Shown here in pieces: positions 23,593 through 38,500 of a DNA stretch of 64,000 nt. Origin of the DNA: Paraspadella gotoi (lineage: Eukaryota > Animalia > Chaetognatha); assembly GCA_051294375.1 (NCBI GenBank), contig CM119264.1:21465045-21529044 (forward strand), in the 5' to 3' direction. Within the stretch, counting starts at the first letter, position 1. Each line of letters begins with the position of its first letter. The position numbers and the translations under genes are program-made. The notes below the pieces were generated by a model. That model saw nothing but the letters and a program-made list of their open reading frames with translations. It had not been told where the DNA came from and did no database searches.

Positions 23593-26500
23593 GTAAAATG
23601 AGATAAAAACGTAGAAAACACCGGAAAACGATATTTTCAAAGAAAAAAGAAATAAAAACGTTAAAAACTTCTGCAAACAACTTTTTCAATATAAAAATAG
23701 ATAAAAAGGTTAAAAACACCGGCAAAAAACTTTTTGATTGTATAAAGAGAAACGACTTTTCTTTTGTAGAATGAGATAAAAACATTAAAAACACCGGAAA
23801 AGGACTTTTTCCTAGTAAAAAAATGAAAACGTTAAAAACACTGTAAAACGACTTTTCCAATGTAAAAAGAGCTAAAAACGTTAAAAACACCGGGAAACGT
23901 AATGTAAAAAGAGATAAAAACATTGAAAACACCGGCAAACAACTTTTTCAATGTAAAAAGAAATAAAAACGTTAAAAACTTTGGAAAACGACTTTCCCAG
24001 CGACAATCGACTTTTTCAATTTAAAAATGGATAAAAAAGTTAAAAACACTAGCAAACGTCTTTTCCTTAGTAAAAAAAATGTAAACGTTAAAAACACTGG
24101 AAAACGACTTTACCAATGCAAAAAAAGATAAAAACGTTAAATACACCGAAAAAGCACTTTTCCAATGTAAAAAGAATTAAAAACTTTAAAAACTTTGGCA
24201 AACTACTTTTCCAATAAAAAAAGAAATAAAACCGTTGAAAACCCCGTCAAACGAAAAAAAAGCTAAAAACGTTAAAAACATCAAAAACAACTTTTCTTTT
24301 GTAAAAAGAGATGAAAACGTTAAAAACACCGAAAACGACTTTTCCTTTTCCTATGTAAAAAGAGCTAAAACGTAATAAACACCGTAAAACGACTTTTCCT
24401 TTTCCTATGTAAAAAGAGCTAAAAACGTTAAAAACACAAGAAAACGACTTTTCCTTTTTAAAAAGATATGAAAACGTTAAAAATAACAGAAAACGATTTT
24501 TTTCAATGTAAAAAGAAATAAATGCGTTAAAAACACCGGACAAACGACCTTTTCCAATGTAAAAAGAGAAAAAAACGTTAAGTAAGCACCGGCAGACGAC
24601 ATTTCTTATGTATAAAAGAGATAAAAACGTTTAAAACATACCAACAAACGACTTTTTCCAATATAAAAAAGAGATAAAAACTTTAGAAACAAAGAAAAAT
24701 GCTTTTTCCAAAAGTAAAAGAGATAAACGTAGAAAACGAGGCACCGGCAAACGTATTTTCAATAAAAAAAGAAATAAAAAACGTTAAAAACTTCGGCAAA
24801 CAACTTTTTCAATATAAAAAGAGATAAAAAGTTTTTAAGCGTTTTATTTCTTTTTACATTTGAAAATACGTTTGCGCGGGGTTTTCTACGTTTTTATCTC
24901 TTTTTACATGGAAAAGGCGTTTTCTTATGTTCCTAAAGTTTTTTATATCTTTTTTATATTGGAAAAGTCGTTTGCTGTGTTTTTATCTCTTTTTACATAG
25001 GAAATGTCGTCTGCCGGCGTAGGAATAGTCGATCGACGGGTTTTCAAACGGTTTTATTTATTTTTTATGAAAAGTCGTTTGCATAGGAAAAGTCGTTTGT
25101 CGGTGTTTTAACGCATTTATTTCTTTCTACATTGGAAAAAATCGTTTTCTGTTATTTTTAAACGTTTTTATATCTTTTGGTTACATTACTCTATAACTAT
25201 TGTAGCCTGTACAATTGAAAATTATTTGTTTTTTCGGTGTTTTCTATGTGTTTAGTCTTTTTTTTACAATTGAAAAAATTCGTTTTTCCTTGTTTTTAAC
25301 CGTTTTCATCTGCTTTTTACAAAAGAAAAGTCGTTTTTCAGTGTTTTTAAACGTTTTTATCTCTTTTTACATAAGAAAGAAACGAGAAAGTCGTTTTTCG
25401 GTGTTTTTAAAGTTTTTCTATTTTTTAAATTTGAAAAAGTGTTTGCAGAAGATTTAACAGTTTTTATTTCTTTTTTCTTTTAAAAAATCGTTTTCCGGTG
25501 TTTTTCTACGTTTCTTATATCTTTTTACTTGAAAGCGTTTTTCTTTTTTTTTTTTAAGTTTTTTTTCTTTTTTTACATTGAAAAAGTAGTGTTTCTGGTG
25601 TTTACAAACGTTTGTTACCCTTTTTTTAGCAATGGAAAAGACGTTTATTGGTGTTTTTAACGTTTTTATTATTTTTGACATTGGAAAAGTCGTTTTCCGC
25701 GTGCGTTTTTAACGTTTTTAGCTCTTTTTACGATAGGAAAAGTTGTTTGCTGTTGTATTAACGGTTTATCTTTTTTTACATTGAAAAGTTATTGTCGGTG
25801 TTTTTAACCTTTTTATCTCTTTTTATATTGCAAAATGTTTGCCGAAGTTTTTTAACGTTTTTTTTCTTTTACATTGAAATATTGTTTGCCGGTGTTTTCA
25901 ATACCGCGTTTTTTATCTCTTTTTACATTGGAAAAAACGTTTTTCTTGTGTTTTGAAAAGTTTTTATCTCTTTGGAAAAGTTCGTCTTTGCTGTGTGGTT
26001 TTTAACGTTTACTCTTTTTACATAGGAAAATGTCGTCTGCCGGTGAGTAATCTTAACGTTTTTATCCTTTTTTACCATTGGAAAAGTCCCGTTTGTTCGG
26101 TGTTTTTAATCTCTTTTATATTGGAAAAAATCGTTTGCGGTTTTTTTTAAGTTTTTATTCTGTTTTAATATTGGAAAATAAGTTTTCTAGTGTTTTTAAC
26201 GTTTTTATCTCTTTGTACATTGGAAAAGTCGTTTGTCGGTGTTTTTTATCTTTTTTTACATTTGAAAAATCGCTTGCCGATTTTTTTTAAGTTATTATCT
26301 ATTTTTATATTTGAAAAAAAGTTTGCTAGTGTTTTTAACGTTTTTATCTCCTTTTACATAGAAAATGTCGTCTGCCGGTGTATTTAACGTTTTTATCTGT
26401 TTTTACATTGGAAAAGTCGTTTGCCAAAGTTTTTAACCTTTTTATTTTTTTTTACATTGAAAATATCGTTTGCCGGTCTTTTCTACGTTTTTATCTCCTT

Positions 26501-29500
26501 TTACATTGCAAAAAGAGTTTTCCTTTGTTTTTAAAGTTTTTATCTTTTTTTTATATTGGAAAAGTCGTTTGCTGGTTTTTTAAACATTTTTATCTCTTTT
26601 TACATAGGAAATGTCGTCTGCCGGTGTATTTAATGTTTTTATCTCTTTTTACATTGGAAAAGTCGTTTGTCGGTGTTTTTAACGCATTTATTTCTTTTTA
26701 CATTGGAAAAATCGTTTTCTGTTATTTTTAACGTTTTCATATCTTTTTACAAAGGAAAAGTCGTTTGCTAGTATTTTTAACTTTTTTATCCATTTTTAAA
26801 TTTAAAAAGTCGATTGTCGCTGTGAAAGTCGTTCGCCAAAGTTTTTAACATTTTTATTTCTTTTTACATTGAAAAAGTTGTTTGCCGGTGTTTTTAACGT
26901 TTTTATCTCATTCTACAAAAGAAAAGTTATCTGTTGTCTTTAACGTTTTTATCTCTTTATACAATCAAAAAGTTGTTTGCCGGTGTTTTTAACCTTTTTA
27001 TCTATTTTTATATTGAAGTTTTTAACGTTTTTATTTCGTTTTTTTTGAAAATATCGTTTTCCGGTGTTTTCTACATTGTAAAAAGCGTTTTTCTTTGTTT
27101 TTAGAGTTTTTATCTTTTTTTACATTGAAGAAGTTGTTTTCTGGTGTTTTCAACGTTTTTATCCTTTTTTACAATGGAAAAGACGTATTTCGGTGTTTTT
27201 CACGTTTTTATCTTTTTTGACATTGGAAAAGTCGTTTTTGCGTGTTTTTAACGTTTTTCTCTCATTATACAAAAGAAGAGTCGTTTTCTGGTGTTTTTAA
27301 CGTTTTTATCTCTTTATACAATCATAAAGTTGTTTGTCGGTGTTTTTAACCTTTTTATCTATTTTTATATTGAAAAAGTTGTTTGCAGAAGTTTTTATTT
27401 CTTTTTTCTTTTAAAATATCTTTTTCCGGTGTTTTCTACGTTTTTATCTCTTTTTACATTGGAAAAAGCGTTTTTTCTTTGTTTTTAAAGTTTTAATCTC
27501 TTTTTACATTGAAGAAGTTGTTTTCTGGTGTTTTCAACGTTTTTATCTCTTTTTACAATGGAAAAGACGTTTTTCGGTGTTTTTAACGTCTTTATTTCTG
27601 TTGACATTGGAAAAGTCGTTTTTGCGTGTTTTTAACGTTTNNNNNNNNNNNNNNNNNNNNNNNNNNNNNNNNNNNNNNNNNNNNNNNNNNNNNNNNNNNN
27701 NNNNNNNNNNNNNNNNNNNNNNNNNNNNNNNNNNNNNNNNTCTTTTTACATTGGAAAAGTCCGTTTGTCGATTTTTTCAACCCTTTTTATCTTTTTTTTA
27801 TATTGAAAAAGTTGTTTGCCGGTGTTTCAATGTTTTTATCTCTTTTTACATTACGTTTTCCGGTGTTTTTAACGTTTTTAGCTCTTTTTACATTGGAAAA
27901 GTCTGTTTTCCGGTTGTTTTTAACGTTTTTATCTCATTCTACAAAAGAAAAGTCGTTTTCTGGTGTTTTTAACCTTTTTTCTCTTCATATAATCAAACAG
28001 TGGTTTGCCGGTGTTTTTAACGTTTTTATCTATTTTTATTTTGAAAAAGTTGTTTGCAGAAGTTTTTATTTCTTTCTTCTTTGAAAATATCGTTTTCCGG
28101 TGTTTTCTACGTTTTTATATCTTTTTACATTGGAAAAAGCGTTTTTCTTTGTTTTTAAAGTTTTTATCTCTTTTTACATTGAAGAAGTTGTTTTCTGGTG
28201 TTTTCAACGTTTTTATTTTTTTTTACAAAGGAAAATATGTTTTTCGGTGTTTTTAACGATTTAATTTTTTTTTGTCATTGGAAAAGTTGTGTTCGGGTGT
28301 TTTTAACGTTTTTAGCTCTTTTTACATAGGAAAAGTCGTTTGCCGGTGTATTTAACGTTTTTATCTCTTTTTACATTGGAAAAGTTGTTTGTCGGTGTTT
28401 TTAACCTTTTTATCTCTTTTTATATTGCAAAAAATGTTTGCCAAAGTTTTTAACATTTTTGTTTCTTTTTACATTGAAAAAATCGTTTGCCGGTGTTTTC
28501 TACGTTTTTATCTCTTTTTACATTGAAAAAAGCGTTCTTCTTTGTTTTTAAAGTTTTTATCTATTTTTAAAATCGTTTGCTGGTGTATTTAATGTTTTCA
28601 TCTTTTTTGACATAAGAAATGTCGTCTGCCGGTGTATTTGACGTTTTTATCTTTTTTTACATTTGAAAAGTCGTTTGTCGGTGTTTTTTATCTTTTTTTA
28701 CATTGGAAAAGTCGTTTGCCGGTTTTTTAAAAGTTTTTATCTCTTATTATATTGGAAAAGAAGTTTGCTAGTGTTTTTAACGTTTTTATTTCTTTTTACA
28801 TTGAAAATATCGTTTGCCGGTGTTTTTTACTTTTTTATCTCTTTTTACATTGGAAAAAGCGTTTTTCTTTGTTTCTAAAGTTTTTATTTCTTTTTATATT
28901 GGAAAAGTAATTTGCAGGTGTTTTAAACGTTTTTATCTCTTTTTACATAGGAAAAGTCGTTTTACAGTGTTTTTAACGTTTTCATCTTTTTTTACATAGA
29001 AAAAGGAAAAGGAAAAGTCGTTTTTCGGTGTTTTTAACGTTTTCATCTCTTTTTACAAAAGAAAAGTCGTTTTTTGATGTTTTTAACGTTTTTAGCTTTT
29101 TTTACATAGGAATAGTCGTTTGACGGGGTTTTAAACGGTTTTATTTCTTTTTTTATTGGAAAAGTCGTTTGCCAAAGTTTTTAACGTTTTTAATTCTTTT
29201 TACATTGGAAAAGTGCTTTTTCGGTGTTTTTAACGTTTTTATCTTTTTTTGCATTGGAAAAGTCGTTTTCCAGTGTTTTTAACATTTACATTTTTTTTTA
29301 CTAAGGAAAAGTCGTTTGCTAGTGTTTTTAACTTTTTTATCCATTTTTAAATTGAAAAAGTCGATTGTCGCGGGGAAAGTCATTTGCCAAAGTTTTTAAC
29401 GTTTTTATTACTTTTTACATTGAAAAAGTTGTTTGCCGGTGTTTTCAATGTTTTGATCTCTTTTTACATTACATTTTCCGGTGTTTTTAACGTTTTTAGC

Positions 29501-32500
29501 TCTTTTTACATTGGAAAAGTCGTTTTCTGATGTTTTTAACGTTTTTATCTCTTTATACAATCAAAAAGTTTTTATTTTTTTTTTCTTTGGAAATATCTTT
29601 TTCCGCTGTTTTTTACGTTTTTATCTCTTTTTACATTGGAAAAAACGTTTTTCTTTGTTTTTATCTCTTTTTACATTGGAAAAAGCGTTTTTCTTTGTTT
29701 TTAAAGTTTTTATCTCTTTTTACATTGAAGAAGTTGTTTTCTGGTGTTTTCAACGTTTTTGCCCTTTTTTACAATGGAAAAGACGTTTTTCGGGGTTTTT
29801 AACGTTTTTATCTTTTTTGACATTGGAAAAGTCGGTGGCCGGTGTATTTAACGTTTTTATGTCTTTTTACATTGGAAAAGTTGTTTGTCGGTGTTTTTAA
29901 CCTTTTTATCTCTTTTTATATTGCAAAAAATGTTTGTCAAAGTTTTTAAGGTTTTTATTTCTTTTTACATTGAAAAAATCGTTTGACGGTGTTTTCTACG
30001 TTTTTATCTCTTTTTACATTGGAAAAAGCGTTTTTCTTTGTTTTTAAAGTTTTTATCTCTTGGGAAAAGTCGTTTGCTGGTGTTTTTAACGTTTTTATCT
30101 CTTTTTACATAGGAAATGTCGTCTGCCGGTGTATTTAACGTTTTTATCTCTTTTTACATTGTAAAAGTCGTTTGTCGGTATTTTTTATCTCTTTTTACAT
30201 TGGAAAAATCGTTTGCCGGTTTTTTAAAAGTTTTTATTTCTTTTTATATTGGAAAAGATGTTTGCTAGTGTTTTTAACGTTTTTATCTCTTTTTTACATA
30301 GGAAATGTCGTCTGCCGGTGTATTTAACGTTTTTATATCTTTTTACATTGTAGAAGTTGTTTTCTGGTGTTTTCAACGTTTTTACTTTTTTTTTACAATG
30401 GAAAAGACGTTTTTCAGTGTTTTTAACGTTTTTATCTTTTTTGACATTGGAAAAGTTGTTTTCGGGTGTTTTTAACGTTTTTAGCTCCTTTTACATGAGA
30501 AAAGTCGGTTGCCCGTGTATTTAATGTTTTTATCTCTTTTTACATTGGTAAAGTTGTTTGTCGGTGTTTTTAACCTTTTTATCTTTTTTTATATTGCAAA
30601 AAATGTTTGCCTAAGTTTTTAACGTTTTTATTTCCTTTTACATTTAAAAAATCGTTTGACGGTGTTTTCTACGTTTTTATCTCTTTTTACATTGGAAAAA
30701 GCGTTTTTCTTTGTTTTTAAAGTTTTTATCTCTTGGGAAAAGTCGTTTGCTGGTGTTTTTAACGTTTTTAAAAATCGTTTGCCGGTTTTTTAAAAGTTTT
30801 TATCTCTTTTTATATTAGAAAAGATGTTTGCTAGTGTTTTTAACGTTTTTATCTCTTTTTTACATAGGAAATGTCGTCTGCCGGTGTAATTAACGTTTTT
30901 ATCTCTTTTTACATTGGAAAAGTCGTTTGTCGATGTTTTTAACCTTTTTATCTTTTGTTATAGTGAAAAAGTTGTTTGCCGAAGTTTTTAACGTTTTTAT
31001 TTCTTTTTACATAGAAAATATCGTTTGCCGGTGTTTTCTACGTTTTTATCACTTTTTACATTGGAAAAGCGTTTTTCTTTGTTTCTAAAGTTTTTATCTC
31101 TTTTTATATTGGAAAAGTTGTTTGCAGGTGTTTCAAACGTTTTTATCTCTTTTTACAAAAGAAAAGTCGTTTTTCGGCGGTTTTAAAGTTTTTATCTCTT
31201 TTTACATAGGAAAAGAAAACGGAGAAGTCGTTTTTCGGTGTTTTTAACGTTTTTATCTCTTTTTACAAAAGAAAAGTCGTTTTTTTTATGTTTTTAACGT
31301 TTTTATCTCTTTTTACATAGGAATAGTTGTTTGACGGGGTTTTAAACGGTTTTATTTCTTTTTACATTGGAAAAAGCGTTTTTCTTTGTTTTTAAAGTTT
31401 TTATCTCTTTTTAAAATCGTTTGCTGGTGTTTTTAATGTTTTTATCTCTTTTTACATAGGAAATGTCGTCTGCCGGTGTATTTGACTTTTGTATTTCTTT
31501 TTACATTAAAAAAGTTGTTTGCCGGTGTTTTTAACCTTTTTATCTTTTTTTATATTGTTTGCCGAAGTTTTTAACGTTTTTATTTCTTTTTACATTGGAA
31601 ATAGCGTTTTTCTTTGTTTTTAAAGTTTTTATCTCTTTTTACATTGAAGAAGTTGTTTTTTGGTGTTTTCAACGATTTTATCCTTTGTTACAATGGAAAA
31701 GACGTTTTTCGGTGTTTTTAACTTTTTTATCTTTTTTGACATTGGAAAAGTCGTTTTCGGGCGTTTTTAACGTTTTTAGCTCTTTTTACATAGGAAAAGT
31801 TGTTTGCTGGTGTATTTAACGTTTTTATCTTTTTTTTGACATTGGAAAAGTCGTTTTCGGGTGTTTTTAACGTTTTTATCTTTTTTTACATGGGAAAAGT
31901 CGTTTGTCGGTGTTTTTTATATCTTTTTACATTGGAAAAATAGTTTGAGGGTTTTTTAAAAGTTTTTATCTTTTTTTATATTGGAAAAGATGTTTGCTAG
32001 TGTTTTTAACATTTTATCTCTTTTTACATAGGAAATGTCAGCTGCCGGTGTATTTAACGTTTTTATCTCTTTTTACATTGGAAAAGTCGTTTGTCAATTT
32101 TTTTAACCTTTTTATCTTTTTTTATATTGAAAAAGTTATTTGCCGGTGTTTTCAATGTTTTTATCTCTTTTTACATTACGTTTTCCGGTGTTTTTAACGT
32201 TTTTAGCTCTTTTTACATTGGAAAAGTCGTTTTCCGGTGTTTTTAACGTTTTTATCTCATTCTACAAAAGAAAAGTAGTTTTCTGGTGTTTTTAACCTTT
32301 TTATCTTTTTATATAATCAAAAAGTTGTTTGCCGGTGTTTTTAACGTTTTTATCTATTTTTATTTTAAAAAAGTTGTTTGCAGAAGTTTTTATTTCTTTC
32401 TTCTTTGAAAATATCGTTTTCCGGTGTTTTCTACGTTTTTATATCTTTTTACATTGGAAAAAGCGTTTTTCTTTGTTTTTAAAGTTTTTATCTCTTTTTA

Positions 32501-35500
32501 CATTGAAGAAGTTGTTTTCTGGTGTTTTCAACGTTTTTATCTTTTTTTACAAAGGAAAATATGTTTTTCGGTGTTTTTAACGATTTCATTTTTTTTGTCA
32601 TTGGAAAAGTTTTGTTCGGGTGTTTTTAACGTTTTTAGCTCTTTTTACATAGGAAAGGTCGTTTGCCGGTGTATTTAACGTTTTTATCTCTTTTTACATT
32701 GGAAAAGTTGTTTGTCGGTGTTTTTAACCTTTTTATCTCTTTTTATATTGCAAAAAATGTTTGCCGAAGTTTTTAACGTTTTTGTTTCTTTTTACATTGA
32801 AAAAATCGTTTGCCGGTGTTTTCTACGTTTTTATCTCTTTTTACATTGAAAAAAGCGTTTTTCTTTGTTTTTAAAGTTTTTATCTGTTTTTAAAATCGTT
32901 TGCCGGTGTATTTGACGTTTTTATCTTTTTTTACATTGGAAAAGTCGTTTGTCGGTGTTTTAAAAGTTTTTATCTCTTTTTATATTGGAAAAGAAGTTTG
33001 CTAGTGTTTTTAACGTTTTTATCTCTTTTTACATAGGAAATGTCGTCTTCCGGTGTTTTTAACGTTTTTATCTCTTTTTACATTGGAAAAGTCATTTTCC
33101 GGTGTTTTTAACGTTTATATCTCATTCTACAAAAGAAAAGTCGTTTTTTGGTGTTTTTATCCTTTTTATCTCTTTAAATAATCAAAAAGTTGTTTTTACA
33201 TTGGAAAAGTCGTTTGTCGGTGTTTTTTATCTCTTTTTACATTTGAAAAATCGTTTGCCGGTTTTTTAAAAGTTTTTATCTCTTTTTATATTGGAAAAGA
33301 AGTTTGCTGGTGTTTTTATCTTGAACAACATATTGAAAAAGTTGTTTGCAGAAGTTTTTATTTCTTTTTTTTTTGAAAATATCGTTTTCCGGTGTTTTCT
33401 ACGTTTTTATCTCTTTTTACATTGGAAAAAGCGTTTTTCTTTGTTTCTAAAGTTTTTATCTCTTTTTACATTAAAGAAGTTGTTTTCTGGCTTTTTCAAC
33501 GTTTTTATCCTTTTTTACAATGGAAAAGACGTTTTTTGGTGTTTTTAACGTTTTTATCTTTTTTGACATTGGAAAAGTCGTTTTCGGGTGTTTTAAACGT
33601 TTTTATCTTTTTTTAAATTGCAAATAAATGTTTGCCGAAGTTTTTAACGTGTTTATTTCTTTTTACATTGAAAATATCGTTTGCCGGTGTTTTTTACGTT
33701 TTTATCTCTTTTTACATTGGAAAAAGCGTTTTTCTTTGTTTTTAAAGTATTTATCTTTTAGGAAAATTCGTTTGCTGGCGTTTTTAACGTTTTTATCTCT
33801 TTTTACCTAGGAAATTTCGTCTGCCAGTGTATTTAACGTTTTTATCTCTTTTTACATTGGAAAAGTCGTTTGTCGGTGTTTTTTATCTCTTTTTACATTG
33901 GAAAATCCGTTTGACGGTTTTTTAAAAGTTTTAATCTCTTTTTATATTGGAAAAGAAGTTTGCTAGTGTTTTAAACGTTTTTATCTTTTTTAACATAGGA
34001 AATGTCGTCTGCCGGTGTATTTAACGTTTTTATCTCTTTTTACATTGGAAAAGTCGTTTGTCGATGTTTTTAACCTTTTTATCTCTTTTTATATTGAAAA
34101 CGTTGTTTGCCGAAGTTTTTAACGTTTTTATTTCTTTTTACATTGGAAAAAGCAATTTTCTTTGTTTTTAAAGTTTTTATCTATTTTTACGTTGAATAAG
34201 TTTTTTTCTGGTGTTTTCAACGTTTTTATCCTTTTTTACAATGGAAAAGACGTTATTCGGTGTTTTTACGTTTTTATCTTTTTTGACATTGGAAAAGTCG
34301 ATTTCGGGTGTTCTTAACGTTTTTAGCTCTTTTTACATAGGAAAAGTCGGTTGCCGGTGTATTTAACGTTTTTATCTCTTTTTACATTGGAAAAGTTGTT
34401 TGTCGGTGTTTTTAACCTTTTTATCTTATTTTATATTGCAAAAAATGTTTGACGAAGTTTTTAACGTTTTCATTTCTTTTCACATTGAAAAAATCCTTTC
34501 CGGTGTTTTCTACGTTTCTATCTCTTTTTACATTGTAAAAAGCGTTTTTCTTTGTTTTTAAAGTTTTTATCTCTTGGGAAAAGTCGTTTGCTGGTGTTTT
34601 TAACGTTTTTATATCTTTTTACATAGGAAATGTCGTCTGCCGGTGTATTTAACGTTTTTATCTCTTTTTACATTGGAAAAGTCGTTTGTCGGTGTTTTTT
34701 ATCTTCTTTTACATTAGAAAAACCGTTTGCCGGTTTTTTAAAAGTTTTAATCTCTTTTTATATTGGAAAAGAAGTTTGCTAGTGTTTTTAACGTTTTTAT
34801 CTCTTTTAACATAGGAAATGACGTCTGCCGGTGTATTTAACGTTTTGATCTCTTTTTACATTGGAAAAGTCCTTTGTCGGAATTTTTTATATCTTTTTAC
34901 ATTGGAAAAATCGTTTGCCGGTTTTTTAAAAGTTTTTATCTCTTTTTATATTGGAAAAGATGTTTGCTAGTGTTTTTAACGTTTTTATCTCTTTTTTACA
35001 CTGAAGAAGTTGTTTTCTGGTGTTTTCAACGTTTTTATATTTTTTTACAAAGGAAAAGACGTTTTTCAGTGTTTTTAACGTTTTTATCTTTTTTAACATT
35101 GAAAAAGTTGTTTTCGGGTGTTTTTAACGTTTTTATTTTTTTTTATATTTCAAAAAATGTTTGCCGAAGTTTTTAACGTTTTTATATTTTTTTATATTGA
35201 AAAAGTTGTTTGCCGAAGTTTTTAACGTTTTTATTTCTTTTTAAATAGAAATTATCGTTTGCCGTTGTTTTCTATGTTTTTATCACTTTTTACATTGGAA
35301 AAAGCGTTTTTCTTTGTTTCTAAAGTTTTTATCTCTTTTTATATTGGAAAAGTCATTTGTCGATGTTTTTAACCTTTTTATCTTTTTTTATATTGAAAAA
35401 GTTGTTGGCCGAAGTTTTTAACGTTTTTATTTCTTTTTACATAGAAAATATCGTTTGCCGATTTTTTCTACGTTTTTATCACTTTTTACATTGGAAAAAA

Positions 35501-38500
35501 CGTTTTTCTTTGTTTCTAACGTTTTTATCTCTTTTTATATTGGAAAAGTTGTTTGCAGGTTTTTTAAACGTTTTTATCTCTTTTTACAGAGGAAAAGTCG
35601 TTTTTCGGTGTTTTTAACGTTTTTATCTTTTTTTACATCGGGAAAAAAACGGAGAAGTCGTTTCTCGGTGTTTTTAAATGTTTTAGCTTTTTTTACATAG
35701 AAAAAGGAAAAGGAAAAGTCGTTTTTCGGTGTTTTTAACGTTTTTAGCTTTTTTTTACATAGGAAAAGGAAAAGGAAAAGTCGTTTTTCGGTGTTTTTAA
35801 CGTTTTCATCTCTTTTTACAAAAGAAAAGTCGTTTTTTGATGTTTTTAACGTTTTTAGCTTTTTTTACATAGGAAAAGTTGTTTGACGGGGTTTTAAACG
35901 GTTTTATCTTTTTTCATTTTAAAAAAGTTGTTTTCCGAAGTTTTTAACGTTTTTATTTCTTTTTACATAGAAAATATCGTTTGCCGGTGTTTTCTACTTT
36001 TTGGAAAAAGCGTTTTTCTTTGTTTATAAAGTTTTTATCTCTTTTTATATTGGAAAAGTCGTTTGCAGGTGTTTTATACGTTTTTATATTTTTTTACTTA
36101 GGAAATGTCGTCTGCCGGTGTATTTAACGTTTTCAGCTCTTTTTACAAAGGAAAAGTCGTTTTCCAGTGTTTTTAACGTTTACATTTTTTTTTACTAAGG
36201 AAAAGTCGTTTGCTAGTGTTTTTAACTTTTTTATCCATTTTTAATTTGAAAAAGTCGATTGTCGCTTGGAAAGTCGTTTGCCAAAGTTTTTAACGTTTTT
36301 ATTACTTTTTACATTGAAAAAGTTGTTTGCCGGTGTTTTCAATGTTTTTATCTCTTTTTACATTACGTTTTCCGGTGTTTTTAACGTTTTTATCTCATTC
36401 TACAAAAGAAAAGTCGTTTTCTGGAGTTTTTAACTTTTTTATCTCTATATACAATCAAAAAGTTGTTTGGCGGTGTTTTTAACCTTTTTATCTATTTTTA
36501 TTTTGAAAAAGTTGTTTGCAGAAGTTTTTATTTCTTTTTACTTTTAAAATATCGTTTTCCGGTGTTTTCTACGTTTTTATCTCTTTTTACATTCGAAAAA
36601 ACGTTTTTTCTTTGTTTTTAAAGTTTTTATCTCTTTTTATATTGAAGAAGTTGTTTTCTGGTATTTTCAATGTTTTTATCCTTTTTTACAATGGAAAATA
36701 CGTTTTTCGGAGTTTTTAACGTTTTTATCTTTTTTGACATTGAAAAAGTCGTTTTCGGGTGTTTTTAACGTTTTTAGCTCTTTTTACATAGGAAAAGTCG
36801 TTTGCTGGTGTATTTAACGTTTTTATCTCTTTTTTGACATTGGAAAAGTCGTTTTCGTGTGTTTTTAACGTTTTTTTTTTTTTTCTGTGGAAAAATCGTT
36901 TGCCGGTTTTTTAAAAGTTTTTATCTTTTTTTATATTGGAAAAGAAGTTTGCTAGTGTTTTTAACGTTTTTATCTCTTTTTACATAGGAAATGTCGTTTG
37001 CCGGTGTATTTAACGTTTTTATTTCTTTTTACATTTGAAAAGTCGTTTGTCGATGTTTTTAACCTTTTTATCTCTTTTTATATTGAAAAACTTGTTTGCC
37101 GAAGTTTTTAACGTTTTTATTTCTTTTTACTTTGGAAAAAGCGTTTTTCTTTGTTTTTAAAGTTTTTATCTCTTTTTACATTGAAGAAGTTGTTTTCTGG
37201 TGTTTTCAACGTTTTTATCCTTTTTTACAATGCAAAAGACGTTTTTCGGTGTTTTTAACGTTTTTATTTCTTTTTACATTGAAAAAGTTGTTTGCCGGTG
37301 TTTTCAATGTTTTTATCTCTTTTTACATTACGTTTTCCGGTGTTTTTAACGTGTTTAGCTCTTTTTACTTTGGAAAAGTCATTTTACAGTGTTTTTAACA
37401 TTTTCATTTTTTTTACTAGGAAAAGTCGTTTCCGGAGTTTTTAACGTTTTTATCTCAATCAACAAANNNNNNNNNNNNNNNNNNNNNNNNNNNNNNNNNN
37501 NNNNNNNNNNNNNNNNNNNNNNNNNNNNNNNNNNNNNNNNNNNNNNNNNNNNNNNNNNNNNNNNNNCAATGTAAAAAAAGATGAAAACGTTAAAAACACC
37601 GAAAAAAGACTTTTTCTTTTTCTTTTCCTAAGTAAAAAAGCTAAAAACGTTAAAAACACCGAAAAACGACTTTTCCTTTTTAAAAAGAGATGAAAACGTT
37701 AAATACACCGGCAGACGACATTTCCTATGTAAAAAGAGATAAAAACGTTTAAAACATCTGCAAACGACTTTTCCAATATAAAAAGAGATAAAAACTTTAG
37801 AAACAAAGAAAAAGGCTTTTTCCAATGTAAAAAGTGATAAAAACGTAGAAAACACAGGCAAACGATAAAAAGAAATAAAAACGTTAAAAACTTCGGCAAA
37901 CAACTTTTTCAATATAAAAAAAAAGATAAAAAGGTTAAAAACATCGACAAGGACTTTTTCAATATAAAAAGAGATAAAAACGTTAAATACACCGNNNNNN
38001 NNNNNNNNNNNNNNNNNNNNNNNNNNNNNNNNNNNNNNNNNNNNNNNNNNNNNNNNNNNNNNNNNNNNNNNNNNNNNNNNNNNNNNNNNNNNNNNNNNNN
38101 NNNNNNNNNNNNNNNNNNNNNNNNNNNNNNNNNNNNNNNNNNNNNNNNNNNNNNNNNNNNNNNNNNNNNNNNNNNNNNNNNNNNTTTCCTTTGTAAAAAG
38201 AGATAAAAACGTTAAAAACACTAGAAAACTCCTTTTCCAATATAAAAAAGAAAAAAACTTTTAAAAAACCGGCAAACGATTTTTCCAATGTAAAAAGAGA
38301 TAAAAAACACCGACAAACGACTTTTCCAATGTAAAAAGAGATAAAAACGTTAAAAACACCCGAAAACGACTTTTCCAATGTCAAAAAAGAGATAAAAACG
38401 TTAAATACACCAGCAAACGACTTTTCCTTTGTAAAAAGAACTAAAAACGTTAAAAACACCCGAAAACGACTTTTCCATTGTCAACAAAAATAAAAACGTT

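Noticed and set aside
26000-37460. CRISPR-like constant/variable alternation
   Set aside because: Variable halves are homologous to each other and recur many times; no cas genes; eukaryotic repeat context
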